Shown here one piece after another: positions 26,801 through 37,916 of a DNA stretch of 64,000 nt (position 1 is its first letter; each line of letters begins with the position of its first letter). Under the pieces are notes generated by a model that saw nothing but the letters and a program-made list of their open reading frames with translations, was not told the origin of the DNA and ran no database searches. This DNA is from Heteronotia binoei (Eukaryota), in contig NC_083224.1 in NCBI RefSeq assembly GCF_032191835.1, positions 51,708,001-51,772,000 of the forward strand, read 5' to 3'. The position numbers were made by a program, and so were the translations under genes.

Positions 26801-27312
26801 TTAATGATATCTCAGTGGTGAATAAAATCTCAACATGCTATGACACCAGTAGTGTCCCATCTGACGAGACTGGCAATCCCGACAATGGCACATATAAGGC
26901 TCATAGGTGTTCATGCACCATTCCCGCTCATATCGTTCAGGGGAATATTCTTGGTAGCAACTCCTGTAATGATGGTGCTTGTTGGCCAAATTGTGCTTAT
27001 GCGGAACAATAGGCATCCTATGTGCATGCTGGAAATCCCCTTCAGAAGATGTATCAGGATCCAATTCCTCTGATATCACTGGGGAGTCATCCTCTGGGCC
27101 AGGTTCATTATGTGTTGTAGACCCCTGACCTTCATTAACTTGAGCCTCTGACTGCAGTATCTGTACTGGTGACTCGTTAAGGATCGAAATAATGGCAGTA
27201 TCAGGTACCCATAGATATAGAGTGAAGAATCATGACCCACTGAATCTATATCAATAGAAATGTTATTCTTACACCATACATGCATGTTTTTGAATATCTG
27301 CTTGTAATCCAT
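26801..27312 (-). CDS. Candidate orphan ORF or terminal coding exon (142 open codons; ~170 aa if a 1-nt frameshift near 27208-27210 is corrected); product unknown
   Basis: Stop-free frame 26801-27229. Overlapping ATG frame from 27312 in a gtcATGg context. CpG retention, an acidic middle and a Cys/His/Tyr-rich tail. AT-rich sequence with ATTAAA downstream. Confidence 0.35.
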
Positions 27313-27756
27313 GACCCCTCAAAAAAATTCAGTGCAAGAAACATTTCAGAGGCACCAGATTAAAGCTCATCTTGCATTAACCTTCTGAAGTGTGACTTTT
27401 AATAATTGTCATTATAAGTCATGGGAGGTCTTATGACTATTCTAGGGAGAGCATACAATGGTTAGAATAAAATTTCCACATTTGTGTTCCACTAGGATTG
27501 GAAATGTAATATAGAAAAGGCATTTTGATACTGGTTTGGGCAGGTTTTGTAGCATTTTTGAAATTATCTGACTCAATGCCAGGATGACCTATCCGCCTCT
27601 TGTAGGTGATCATCTCTGTGGCCTTCATATTTCTAAGGTATATGATCAACAAGCACCAGAGCTGTTCCTTCCTCCCACATGGAAGCAATTAATTAGCTAA
27701 TGGTTATTCAGCCCATTGAAGATATGTCCTAAGCATACACAGTATAGCAGGAAGGA

Positions 27757-29350
27757 AGAATAAGAACATAAGAGAAGCCATGTTGGATCAGGCCAATGGC
27801 CGATCCAGTCCAACAGACAGACAGACAGACAGACAGACACACTGTGGCTAATAGCCACTGATGGGCCTCTGCTCCATATTTTTATCTAACCCCCTCTTGA
27901 AGTTGTCTATGCTTGTAGCCACCACCACCTCCTGTGGCAGTGAATTCCACATGTTAATCACCCTTTGGGTGAAGAAGTACTTCCTTTTATCCGTTTTAAC
28001 CTGACTGCTCAGCAATTTCATCGTATGCCCATGAGTTCTTGTATTGTGAGAAAGGGAGAAAAGTACTTCTTTCTCTACTTTCTCCATCCCATGCATTATC
28101 TTGTAAACCTCTATCATGTCACCCCGCAGTTGACGTTTCTCCAAGCTAAAGAGCCCCAAGCGTTTTAACCTTTCTTCATAGGGAAAGTGTTCCAACCCTT
28201 TAATCATTCTAGTTGCCCTTTTCTGGACTTTTTCCAATGCTATAATATCCTTCTTGAGGTGCGGTGACCAGAATTGCACAGTTTTCCAAATGAGACTGCA
28301 CCATCGATTTATACAGGGGCATTATGATACTGGCTGATTTGTTTTCAATTCCCTTCCTAAAATTCCCAGCATAGCGTTGGCCTTTTTTATTGCAATCGCA
28401 CACTGTCTTGACATTTTCAGTGAGTTATCTACCACAACCCTAAGACCTCTCTCTTGGTCAGTCTCTGCCAGTTCACACCCCATCAACTTGTATTTGTAGC
28501 TGTGATTCTTGGCCCCAATGTGCATTACTTTGCACTTGGCCACATTGAACCTCATCTGCCACGTTGACATCCACTCACTCAGCCTCAACAGATCCCTTTG
28601 GAGTTCCTCACAATCCTCTCTGGTTCTCAATTCCTGAACAATTTAGTGTCATCTGCAAACTTGGCCACTTCACTGCTCACTCCCAACTCCAAATCATTTA
28701 TGAACAAGTTAAAGAGCATGGGACCCAGTACTGAGCCCTGCAGCACCCCACTGCTTACCGTCCTCCACTGTGAAGACTGCCCATTTATACTCACTCACTG
28801 CTTCCTATTAATTAGCCAGTTTTTGATCCACAAGAGGACCTGTCCTTTTACTCCATGACTCTCAAGCTTTCTAAGGAGCCTTTGATGAGGAACTGACTGG
28901 CCTGTAATTTCCTGGATTTCCTCTGGAACCCTGTAATTTCCTGGATTTCCTCTGGAACCCTTTTTAAAGATGGTGGTGACGTTTGCTACCTTCCAGTCCG
29001 CAGGAACAGAGGCAGATTTCAATGAAAGATTACATATTTTTGTCAGAAAACCCACAAGTTCAACTTTGAGTTCTTTCGGAACTCTTGGATGTATGCCATC
29101 CCGACCTGGTGACTTATTAGTTTTTAATTTGTCTATCATTTGTAGGACCTCCTCTCTTGTCACCTCAATCTGACTCAGGTCTTTCAGCACCCCTTCCAAA
29201 ATTAGTGGTTCTGGAGCGGGCAAACACTTCTCATCTTCCACAGTGAAGACGGAGCCAAAAAATGCATTCAGCTTCTCAGCCATTTCCCTATCCTCCTTCA
29301 GTAATCCTTTTACCCCTTGGTCATCCAAGGGCCCCACTGCCTCCCTGGTT
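27757..29350 (-). mobile_element. CR1 LINE, 5'-truncated, with an internal deletion of the RT core
   Basis: ORFs 27848-28279, 28322-28630 and 28795-29391 carry CR1 ORF2 motifs (KSPGRDGIHPRVPKEL, WKVANVTTIFKKG, RFNVAKCKVMHIG, LEKRQLRGDMIEVYKI). Confidence 0.92.
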
Positions 29351-30709
29351 GGAATGTTGCCTATACCACCATTCTTTTCCACTTGTTCCAATGGCTAGGA
29401 ACAGAACATCATATATTCGCACCATATTCTTATGCAGAGAGTTGCTAATGGTGTGTCTCATATGCAACCTAGCAGGAGAGCTGTAGGGGAGCACACAGGT
29501 TTAAATTTAGAGGGTTGCTTTCCCAGATTCTGATATACTCACTGACTGATTGATATAGACACATGAGTGCACCCGTGTGAATCAGAAAGCCAGATGAAAT
29601 AGACACTCGGTTTGATCTAAATCCTTGGATGCACTGAGCACAGATAAAACTCGACAGGGTGTGAGGGCGTGAGGAGGTTATAGCAAGATGTGCCCACATC
29701 CTGGCCATTTTGTCAGCTGTGGATTCTATACTTTGCCCGTTCAAGAGAAACACTTGCAGCCTCCAGCCTGCCATGCTAACAGGATTTTTTAACCAAGCCT
29801 ATTACCCTATTTTGCACACAGTCATCTGATCACCATGAACAACTGCAAGTTTTATGTGTGTGACGAGGCTATTTCATCTTTCACAGGTTGAGTTTGGTTT
29901 TTTAATTGCAGCCTGCTAGCCCACAGGTTGATTGTTTTTTTTTAAAAAAAAATCCCCTGAAGTCATTGATTGCACATGAATAGCAGTATCCTGAGCATCC
30001 AGTAGCCATGGACTAAACCACATGTGAAAAGAAAAAAATTGCACAATAGCTATGATGTGGGAGGTTCTTCAAACCGAGTGGACTCCCTGGTTTGCAGAAA
30101 AGTCTTATGTTGAGGATACAAACCCCCCAACTTATAGAAACATCATGTACATGTCAACTAATGCCAGAATCAAGCAGCATCAAATGCTTCACCAAAATGC
30201 AAATGCAGTGGTGGCCACCAGCCCCATCTGACCACCCCACTTACACTGATTTCTGCTCCCTTGCTGTGCTGGTGGCAGAGGTGAGCAAGCAGGCAGGAGG
30301 AGTGGGGGGAGGGAGACAGTTGGGGAGGGAAGCTAAAGTCTTTGGGTAGGTGCAGGGGTCCAGATGGAGGAGGCAGTTGGGGGAGGCCAGAGCTGAGGGC
30401 AACAAGTACAGGGGAAAGGGGACTGATCCCCCAGAGGGTCCTCTGTTGTCCAAGGGATGCTGAGAACTGGCTGTCTGGCCAACAAAAAGTAGTGAAATGT
30501 TCATTAGGGATGGAAGAGGCAGAAGATGAAAGCTACAGTTGCTGGCCACCATTGAATTCAAAACCTGGTGTCCTATTCTACATAGCAACTGTCTTGAGAA
30601 TTGTACCTTCTGTCCTCAGTGAACAAAATGGGGACTGCAGCATTACATTTCACCATCCTACTAATCTCACAACCATGTGCATCCCTGCAAGTTCACAATT
30701 GGCCTTTGC

Positions 30710-30881
30710 CAGGGCTCACTTTGTAGCAGGAGTTCCTTTGCATATTAGGCCACGCCTCCCTGATGTAGCCAGTCCTCCAAGTGCTTACAGTAGGTCCTGT
30801 AAGGAGAGCCCTGTAAGCTCTTAGAGGATTGGGAGGTGTGGCCTAATATGCAAAGCAGCTTCTGCTACAAAGTGAGCCCTG
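30710..30881. mobile_element. Fully palindromic hAT MITE (CAGGGCT family)
   Basis: Whole-element fold-back. Perfect 8-bp TSD GCCTTTGC (30702-30709, 30882-30889). Confidence 0.92.
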
Positions 30882-32890
30882 GCCTTTGCTTCTACAAGGA
30901 GAAATTTTGTGCCCTCTTACTTTAGGCTGAACAGCTCTTTAGCATTCTAGTTGTTGTTGCTCAGACTTTTAAACATGCTTCTTACAGCATTATTTCATTC
31001 TGACAACAACAGCTGTAGTGTGATTAAAGCAATGAGATATGCCAGCAATGACATACCAGAAGCAGTGGATGTAATCAACACATACTTAAGGAGAGCGCTG
31101 TACAAGTTAGAGCAAATAGCAGATTCTGGGATGCTTCATCTGAAAGCAGGGGGCCTTTGTCAGTGAAACAGTGGCCTTTCTGAAATGCTGCATAGTGTTC
31201 CAGTGAACTGATCTTGAATGCCTCTGAATGTATTAATCATTTCAGCGTGGGTAGAGAAAAGCTCGCCATCCCTGCAGTAGCCAGGTATAACTGTTGGGGA
31301 AAAAATCTGAATAATTCTCAGGTCTACAGAATTCAAGGATGAATTGCAAATAAGTAGTCAAGTTGTTGTATGTTCAGCTGGTGAATAAACTTAGCAGAAT
31401 TAAAGGATTAATGTACAAAATGTATGAATGCCAGTGTCTGGTAGCTACAGTGGAGTGAGCAATATGAATCAGACAAATCTAAGCCAGTTGAAATTCTCTT
31501 TTTATTTCTATTCCAGACCAGATCTAAAACTCCCCTTTGTCATTTCATTGTGCAAGAAAGAGTGACAAAAAAGAGTGTTGAAATTGTTTTAAAGGGACAT
31601 GGGTGTGAATTCTGATTGTTTGGTGGCCAAAAGGATACATCTGTAGATATTTGATCTGGGACTGGTGTGTTTAAGGGACCAATCATTTCCATCTGTACCT
31701 GCCCATCTTTCTTAGAGGCAAGGTAAATTGCTCAGGGTCCAGCATGGGGGTGGGGGCAGGTTGGAGCTAATTCATTTTACTAGAGTCCATAAGTTCCAAG
31801 GGGAGCAACTTGGTCTTCAAACCTGTTGGCATTATATGTTTCCAAAATAGAATTCTGCTTTAAAACATATGCTTTCCCAAAAGATCATGAAACTCATAAG
31901 ACAGTATGTCTAGGATGAGACCAGGAAGGATGTCCAGTTGTAACTTTGTATTAGACCTGAGAAAAATTATACTTGGCCCTGAGATGGTAAGTAGAGGTGG
32001 AGCCTTCTCTGTAGTGACTCCACAACCCTAGAACTCTTTTCTTTAAGATGCTCCTCTGGTACCCAGCATTTTGTATTGTAGGCATCAGGTAAAACAGGAT
32101 TCTGTTTGATTTTAGTTTCTTGTGTGGTGCCTGGTTTGTTCCAGGGGTGGTCTTAGGGGCTGCCCTGAGCCCCACATGGGAGGCACTGAGCTTCCCAATA
32201 ACCCTGCTACTGCTGTTTGGCTGCTATCTTTTCTGCCACCACTATACTACTGCAACCAAATAAAAAAAACACTCTGTGAAAAATACTATTTCAAAGTATA
32301 ATTCATACAAGGAAAAAAGTGCATTTCAGCAACCTCATTATTTTACATTCTGCTGTGCATAATTATGCACATATATACAACAGTGTACAAATAGTCCAAA
32401 TAATGAATAAGTCCAAATCATAAGTCCAAAAATTGCTGCAACGGACTGCTAGCAAAGTAAAGTCTGTTTCGGATGACCAGGTCCTTCCTCCGGGAAGCGT
32501 TTTGCAAAACTTGTGGTATATGTGTAGAAAATGTTCACAATGTTCAGTTCTTTCACAAATTAATGTACAAAATCGGAACGCTGCTGCCTCCATCTGGTCA
32601 GGTGCTTTCTCTCTTTCCTTTGAGAGGTAGGACCGGGGTGGGGCCAGTGGGCCTAGCCATGCAGGTTCTTTTTCCATTCCTCACTCCTTTTAGGAGGTGG
32701 GGCCAGGGCAGACTGGCAGACAGGGCCTCATCCTGAACATCTGTACGGGACCCCAAACTCACTAAGACTGTCTCCAGTTTTCACTGTTTTTGTTCCTCCT
32801 CTTCCCGTTGCTACCTGCTGAACATTATTATAACTTCATTATTTCTATTAATTGATGTCTTGATTGACATGTTATTGCTTTATTGTTACA

Positions 32891-33158
32891 GGCGTAGATG
32901 GCTTTCAAAGGATATTAGACAGATATATGGAGGATAGGTCTATCAGTGGTTATTAGTCATGGTGACTAAAGGGAATCTCCACATGCAGAGGCAGCAAACC
33001 TCTGAATACTAGTGAAAGGAGGCAACATCAAGGGAAGGCCTCAGCCTCTATGCCTTGTTGTTGGATCTGCAGAAGAACCAATTGACCAGTATGTGAGACA
33101 GGATGCTAGACTAGATGAACTACTGATCTGATCCAGTAGGGTTTTTCTCATGTTCTTA
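32891..33158 (+). mobile_element. CR1 3' fragment
   Basis: DGFQRILDRYMEDRSISGY ORF end, CR1 3' UTR and ttctcatgttctta tail. Confidence 0.75.
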
Positions 33159-33623
33159 TAAGATAGCCTTCCATTCATTGGCCATATGGGTAGACCCAGA
33201 CATTCTCATTTCTCTCAAATTCATCACTATCACTCTCCATCACTCAGCAAACCAATGCTATCTCCTCCAGTTATTCAGCAGGGTGCAAGCAAATCCCCTC
33301 CGTTTGGTTGTTACAAACCAAACAAGTAGATAAGGCTAAAGCACTTAAGCAAACAAGCACATAAAAAGTGCATTTTACAGTTGAAGATAGACACTTGAAA
33401 CGGCTATCCATAATTAGCCTTTTTTTGAGCTCTGACCAAACTGCAGTTCACATTAAAAGGCAATGTTTTCTTTAGCTGCTATTCCGTAGCTTTACCTGCC
33501 TTTTTGTGGATGATATGGTTAAAAACAGTGCCATTCTAGTTATGAAATGCGCAAAGTTGTCTGCACTTTCAATCTATAAGGATATGGTCACTCTTCAGCA
33601 GAATACCACACCTAATATACTAT

Positions 33624-33774
33624 GGCTGCGGTCGCACACACTAAATAATGCACTTTCAATCCACTTTCAATGCACTTTCCAACTGGATTTTACTGTGTGA
33701 ACTGGGAAAATCCAATTGGAAAGTGCTCTGAAAGAGGACTAAAAGTGCATTATCTAGTGTGTGTGATCGCAGCC
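33624..33774. mobile_element. PIF/Harbinger-type MITE
   Basis: TIR GGCTGCGGTCGCACACACTA / TAGTGTGTGTGATCGCAGCC with a 3-bp TSD TAT. A related degraded copy lies at ~59445-59595. Confidence 0.85.
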
Positions 33775-33997
33775 TATAAAGGCTTTTCAAATACAATATA
33801 AACCAGTGCAGAGTACTCCCACCTCACACTTGTCTTATTCCAAAAACTATGTAAAACAGAATTGTTCAGGAGGGCATTTTTATAAAGGTAGTTGGGCTGC
33901 CATCTCAAAGTGCATTCCTGGCTCTATGCATGTTAATTCTGGTGATGGAGAAGAAAAAGAAGCTGAAAACGGGCTTAAAGAGTAAGTAGTTATCAGT

Positions 33998-34263
33998 GGG
34001 CAATTTCCCACACAGCTTACTGAGGAGCGAAGTCCCTCCTCACCGCGCAGCATCTGCTCGGATTTCCCACCAACTGCTCCATGGATTCAGGAAGTGCCAC
34101 ACCTTTTGCGTCTCAAATGGAATCGCTAAAACCCTAGTTTACATTAGCAATGCAAAAGGTGCAGCACTTCCTGAATCTGTGGAGCAGTTGGTGGGAAATC
34201 CGAGCAGACACTGTGCGGTGAGGAGGGACTTCGCTCCTCGGTAAACTGTGTGGGAAATCGCCC
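33998..34263. mobile_element. PIF/Harbinger-type fold-back MITE
   Basis: Near-perfect 266-bp palindrome, TIR GGGCAATTTCCCACACAG, 3-bp TSD AGT on both sides. Confidence 0.88.
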
Positions 34264-34871
34264 AGTGTTTCTTCTTTGCCTTCAGGCATAAATTAGCCCC
34301 TGTCATTACATGTGAAACTGGAAATAATCTAGGTATGAATGAGTTAATTTTCTTCTTTCTTTTTTTGGCTCACTACACTATTCCAAGGAAATCAATGCAA
34401 CTTGAGTTCAAGCCCATTGGAGTAAAGGAATCCAATGTATCATTCCTAGTAATATTAATTAAGGAGTAATCAAGTTGACAGAGATTTATTCATGATTGGT
34501 TTCCTTAAAACTAGTTTAACACAACTGAGAAACTGAAAATTGACCTCCTTGTTCATACACGGTTCCAAAATGATCATTAATTACAACATTAACCAGCATG
34601 AATGACCAAACAAGAATGCTCAGCTTGACTTCATCTCTGATTACTGACATGGCCTAGTCAATAATGCCCTCCCTGGATCAGAGACACCCTTGATCAGAAA
34701 GGGCTCAGAAAAATGACCAGGATATAACCAGGTTGTGGCAGCCAGGTACGCACAGTGATGTCATTTTTTGATCCTTGGATATTGGCTCTTCCTGTTATGG
34801 CAAATCAAAATTCACCAAGCAGTGGATTTTCACCATGTAATAAGGAACAGGTCTAATGACAGGTTAGTTTT

Positions 34872-35050
34872 AGGGTTGCCAAGCTCCAGGAGGCAGCTGG
34901 AGATTACCCGCTATTACAGTTGATCTCCAGATGACCAAGACCCTGGAGAAAATGGCTGCTTTGGAGGATGGACTCTATGGCATCATACCCCACTGAGGTC
35001 TGTCCCCTCCCCAAACTCTGCCCTGCTCAGGCTCCACCCCAAAAATCTCC
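34872..35050. mobile_element. TAGGGTTGCC-family MITE, right end truncated
   Basis: tagggttgccaagctccagg start and a ggagaaaatggctgctttgga core. Confidence 0.7.
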
Positions 35051-35454
35051 ACACAGCCCTATTTTACCCTACTTGTGATGTGTTGTTGCAATAGTAATCC
35101 CACTCTAGGAACCAGGCACCTTAAAATGGCATACAAAGTCCTTCCTGATGTCTACAATAATCTTATGAGGTAGGTTAGGAAGAGAAAATGTGCAATTGCA
35201 CATTGATGGCAGAGAATTCTGAAATGGTTTCTTTCCAGTATGTCCAAATGTCTGGTACACACTCTTTTAAATTTGTATCACAGGTTAGATATATATTTTC
35301 TTAGGAATAACCCATATTTCCCCATCAGAGATTGTTATAAAATGTCATTTTCTGGATATTTGGTCCAATTCTTTTTTTTTTCCTATTACCCCTTTATTAG
35401 GTCCAATTCCTTAATTTTTCCCATTACCCTTAACTGACCTGTTCTACCAGTGTT

Positions 35455-35685
35455 AGTGTGCTGTACTATTTAGAGTGACGGACTAGGATCTGGGAGACAC
35501 ATGAGCAAATCCCTACTCAACCGTGGAAGCTTCCTGGGTGACCTGGGGCCAGTCACACACTCTCAGCCTCACTTACCTCACAGGGTTGTTATTAGATAAA
35601 ATGGAGGTGATGCAAATGATGTAAGCTGCTTTGGATCCCCATTGGGGAGAAAGGTGGGATTTAAATGAAGTAAATAAATATAAAT
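35455..35685 (+). mobile_element. tRNA-derived SINE (CORE/MIR-like squamate type)
   Basis: cctacctcacagggttgtt-type core and (aaat)n tail. A sibling lies at 58124-58305. Confidence 0.7.
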
Positions 35686-36133
35686 AACTAAACCCCAGAA
35701 CTCTTTACTTTCCACATTTTTCTATGACTATCAGAAATCCAGTTTTTAATTCTCCCCAACTGGTAGACAAAGACTTCTTTCTCATCTTAGTCTCTATGTA
35801 TCATGTATCACTGACAAGGGAATGAGCCTCCTGCTTACATGGAAACAATGTCTGTCATGGATGAGAGCAGAAGGGGATTATATTTATGGAGACTGACCAA
35901 TGTTGGTGGTGGCACCAAGACTGGGAAAAATGTCATCCTGCCAAGTAGGCATAGTTTCACAGCCAGGAGTGAAAACATGCATCTCATTGTTGGCTGAGTA
36001 GGGTCTGGTGTGCTGATGCTGCCAAAATCTGAGACCCAGATTGATTAAGACTGTTTACACATATGGAAGAGGAGACTTGAAAAGGAGCTGCCCCTTCTGT
36101 GCATATGTGCGTGCCGTGGTGGGAGAAGTGCTA

Positions 36134-36181
36134 CTATATAAGGACAGCATCCTCATCAGGCACACACCCATTTGAATCTCC
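36134..36181 (-). CDS. Candidate terminal coding exon (GDSNGCVPDEDAVLI**)
   Basis: Strong acceptor tctctttttcctgtag. Phase-0 frame ends in tandem TAG TAG. Confidence 0.3.
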   Translation of the reverse strand, partial: GDSNGCVPDEDAVLI

Positions 36182-37774
36182 CTACAGGAAAAAGAGATCA
36201 GATGCTCAAGATCTGTAATTTCCAAGTGGGTTAGCAATCTTTCTCAATTTCATTTCTTTTGATTAGTCTTCACCCTACTCTTGTAATCTATATATACTCT
36301 AGTGTTGTGCCTGTAGAGTAAAGCTTCTTTTAGTTTAAGATAAAGTTATTGCCTTGATTCCTATCTATGTACCTCACTGTGACTCACCTTATGAAAGCAG
36401 CCCCAGTTTGAATGCTCCTCCTGGTACCAAACAGGAGAGGGAACAGGGATCAGGAGGTGGTAGTAGTCTACCACAGGGAAAGGCTCTGAACCCTACTCAT
36501 GATGGAGTTGGGGAGCAGCAACAGATTCCTATTGGGACAAGTAGGCTCCCTCACAAAAATGACTCTCTCCCTAGCTCCTGAGTCCTGTTGAGCCTCACTT
36601 GATTGGTTAAGAACTGTTTGCCTGAACAAGGAGAGAGGGGAGCCAGTCAGGCACTGGACCAGAAGCATCACAGTTTGCTTTTGGGGAAATCACACCTTGG
36701 TAGTAGTATGCTTTTGCTAGCCCTACAGTAGCAGCAATGTAACATACAGCAAATACACATCTTACCAGTAGTTTAATGTTATAAATGTGGGGTTCAAGAT
36801 GACAGAACAGCCTATAATTCCTTGCCAAATACAACACATAAAACCAGACAAAAGGGAATACACTAAAATAAGTGGTATCCAAGATCTTATTTGGACAGAC
36901 AGGCAGATGATAGATAGACAGACAGACAGACGCTTTCAGCACCTAAAAAGTTTGAGGGAGGGAAATTTCTTATAATTCAGTGAACTATCAAGATTGTTCA
37001 TGTTCAGCATAAAGAGACAACTGAAGCACTGCACAAATTTATTGGAGGGAAATCTTATAATTAATTTCATTGTTATCTCGACTTAGCTAACTACAGCTGC
37101 CATATTTAACCTAGCAAATTTGGGATGAACTGCTCTCACCAAATGATCAAGCTGTGCAAGACCGTCAAAATGTTTAGAGAGTCTTCAGTGCATCATTTCT
37201 ATTTTTAAATACAGAATTGTAAAATAGGCTGTTAAAGACTAGTGGTCATTCTAGTTTTATTGAGAGAGTATATTGTCTTTCAAATGTCAGTGCTGTGTAC
37301 AAGAACTGCTGGGAAAGATGGACTCAAATTGACATTCATTCATGTGAAGTTTATTTTATTTATTACCTTTTATCTTCCACCCTTCCTTTAAAGATCTTCA
37401 GATGGCATAGATGGAATGAGTCCTGTGAGATAGGCTAGGCTGAAAGATCAGCCCAATGTCACTTAAGTTTTATGGCAGCCTTGGGAGTGGAACCCAACTC
37501 TTCCTGGTTCTAGACCAACTCTCTGTCAGTGGTGCCACCATCAGCACAGAGAACTTTCCATAGGGGATCTAAACTATTTAGTCAAAATGTACTGTTGTTC
37601 ATTGACATTTTGTTTCTTAGGAAGCAATCTCCCCACAAAACAACAACGATAACAAAACACCATGGGTATGTTCCATCCATTTTAATTTCACTTGATATGG
37701 ACAGAGTTCCTGAAATACTGTGCATGTAAATCTAAATTACTAAATGTAAATTTCTAAATCACACCCAACATGAC

Positions 37775-37916
37775 AGTCCTGGCTAGAGACTTTCAAGTAG
37801 AGGTGCTTTGCCATTGCCTTCCTCTTCAGGGTCTTCCTTGGAGGTGTCCCTTCCAAGTACCAACCCTGTTTAGCTTCCAAGATCTGACAAGATCAGGCTA
37901 TACCATGCTGCCTTCC
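37775..37916 (-). mobile_element. 5S rRNA-derived SINE fragment
   Basis: Minus strand gcctgatcttgtcagatcttggaagctaaacaggg...gtacttggaagggacacc matches 5S rRNA box A/C sequence with an internal deletion, followed by the gaggaaggcaatggcaaa body. Confidence 0.7.

Noticed and set aside
30342-30824. 160-aa plus-strand ORF
   Set aside because: G-rich low-complexity start and an end inside a MITE. Not protein-like.
37775-37916. 5S rRNA gene
   Set aside because: Partial, internally deleted, diverged and fused to a SINE body.
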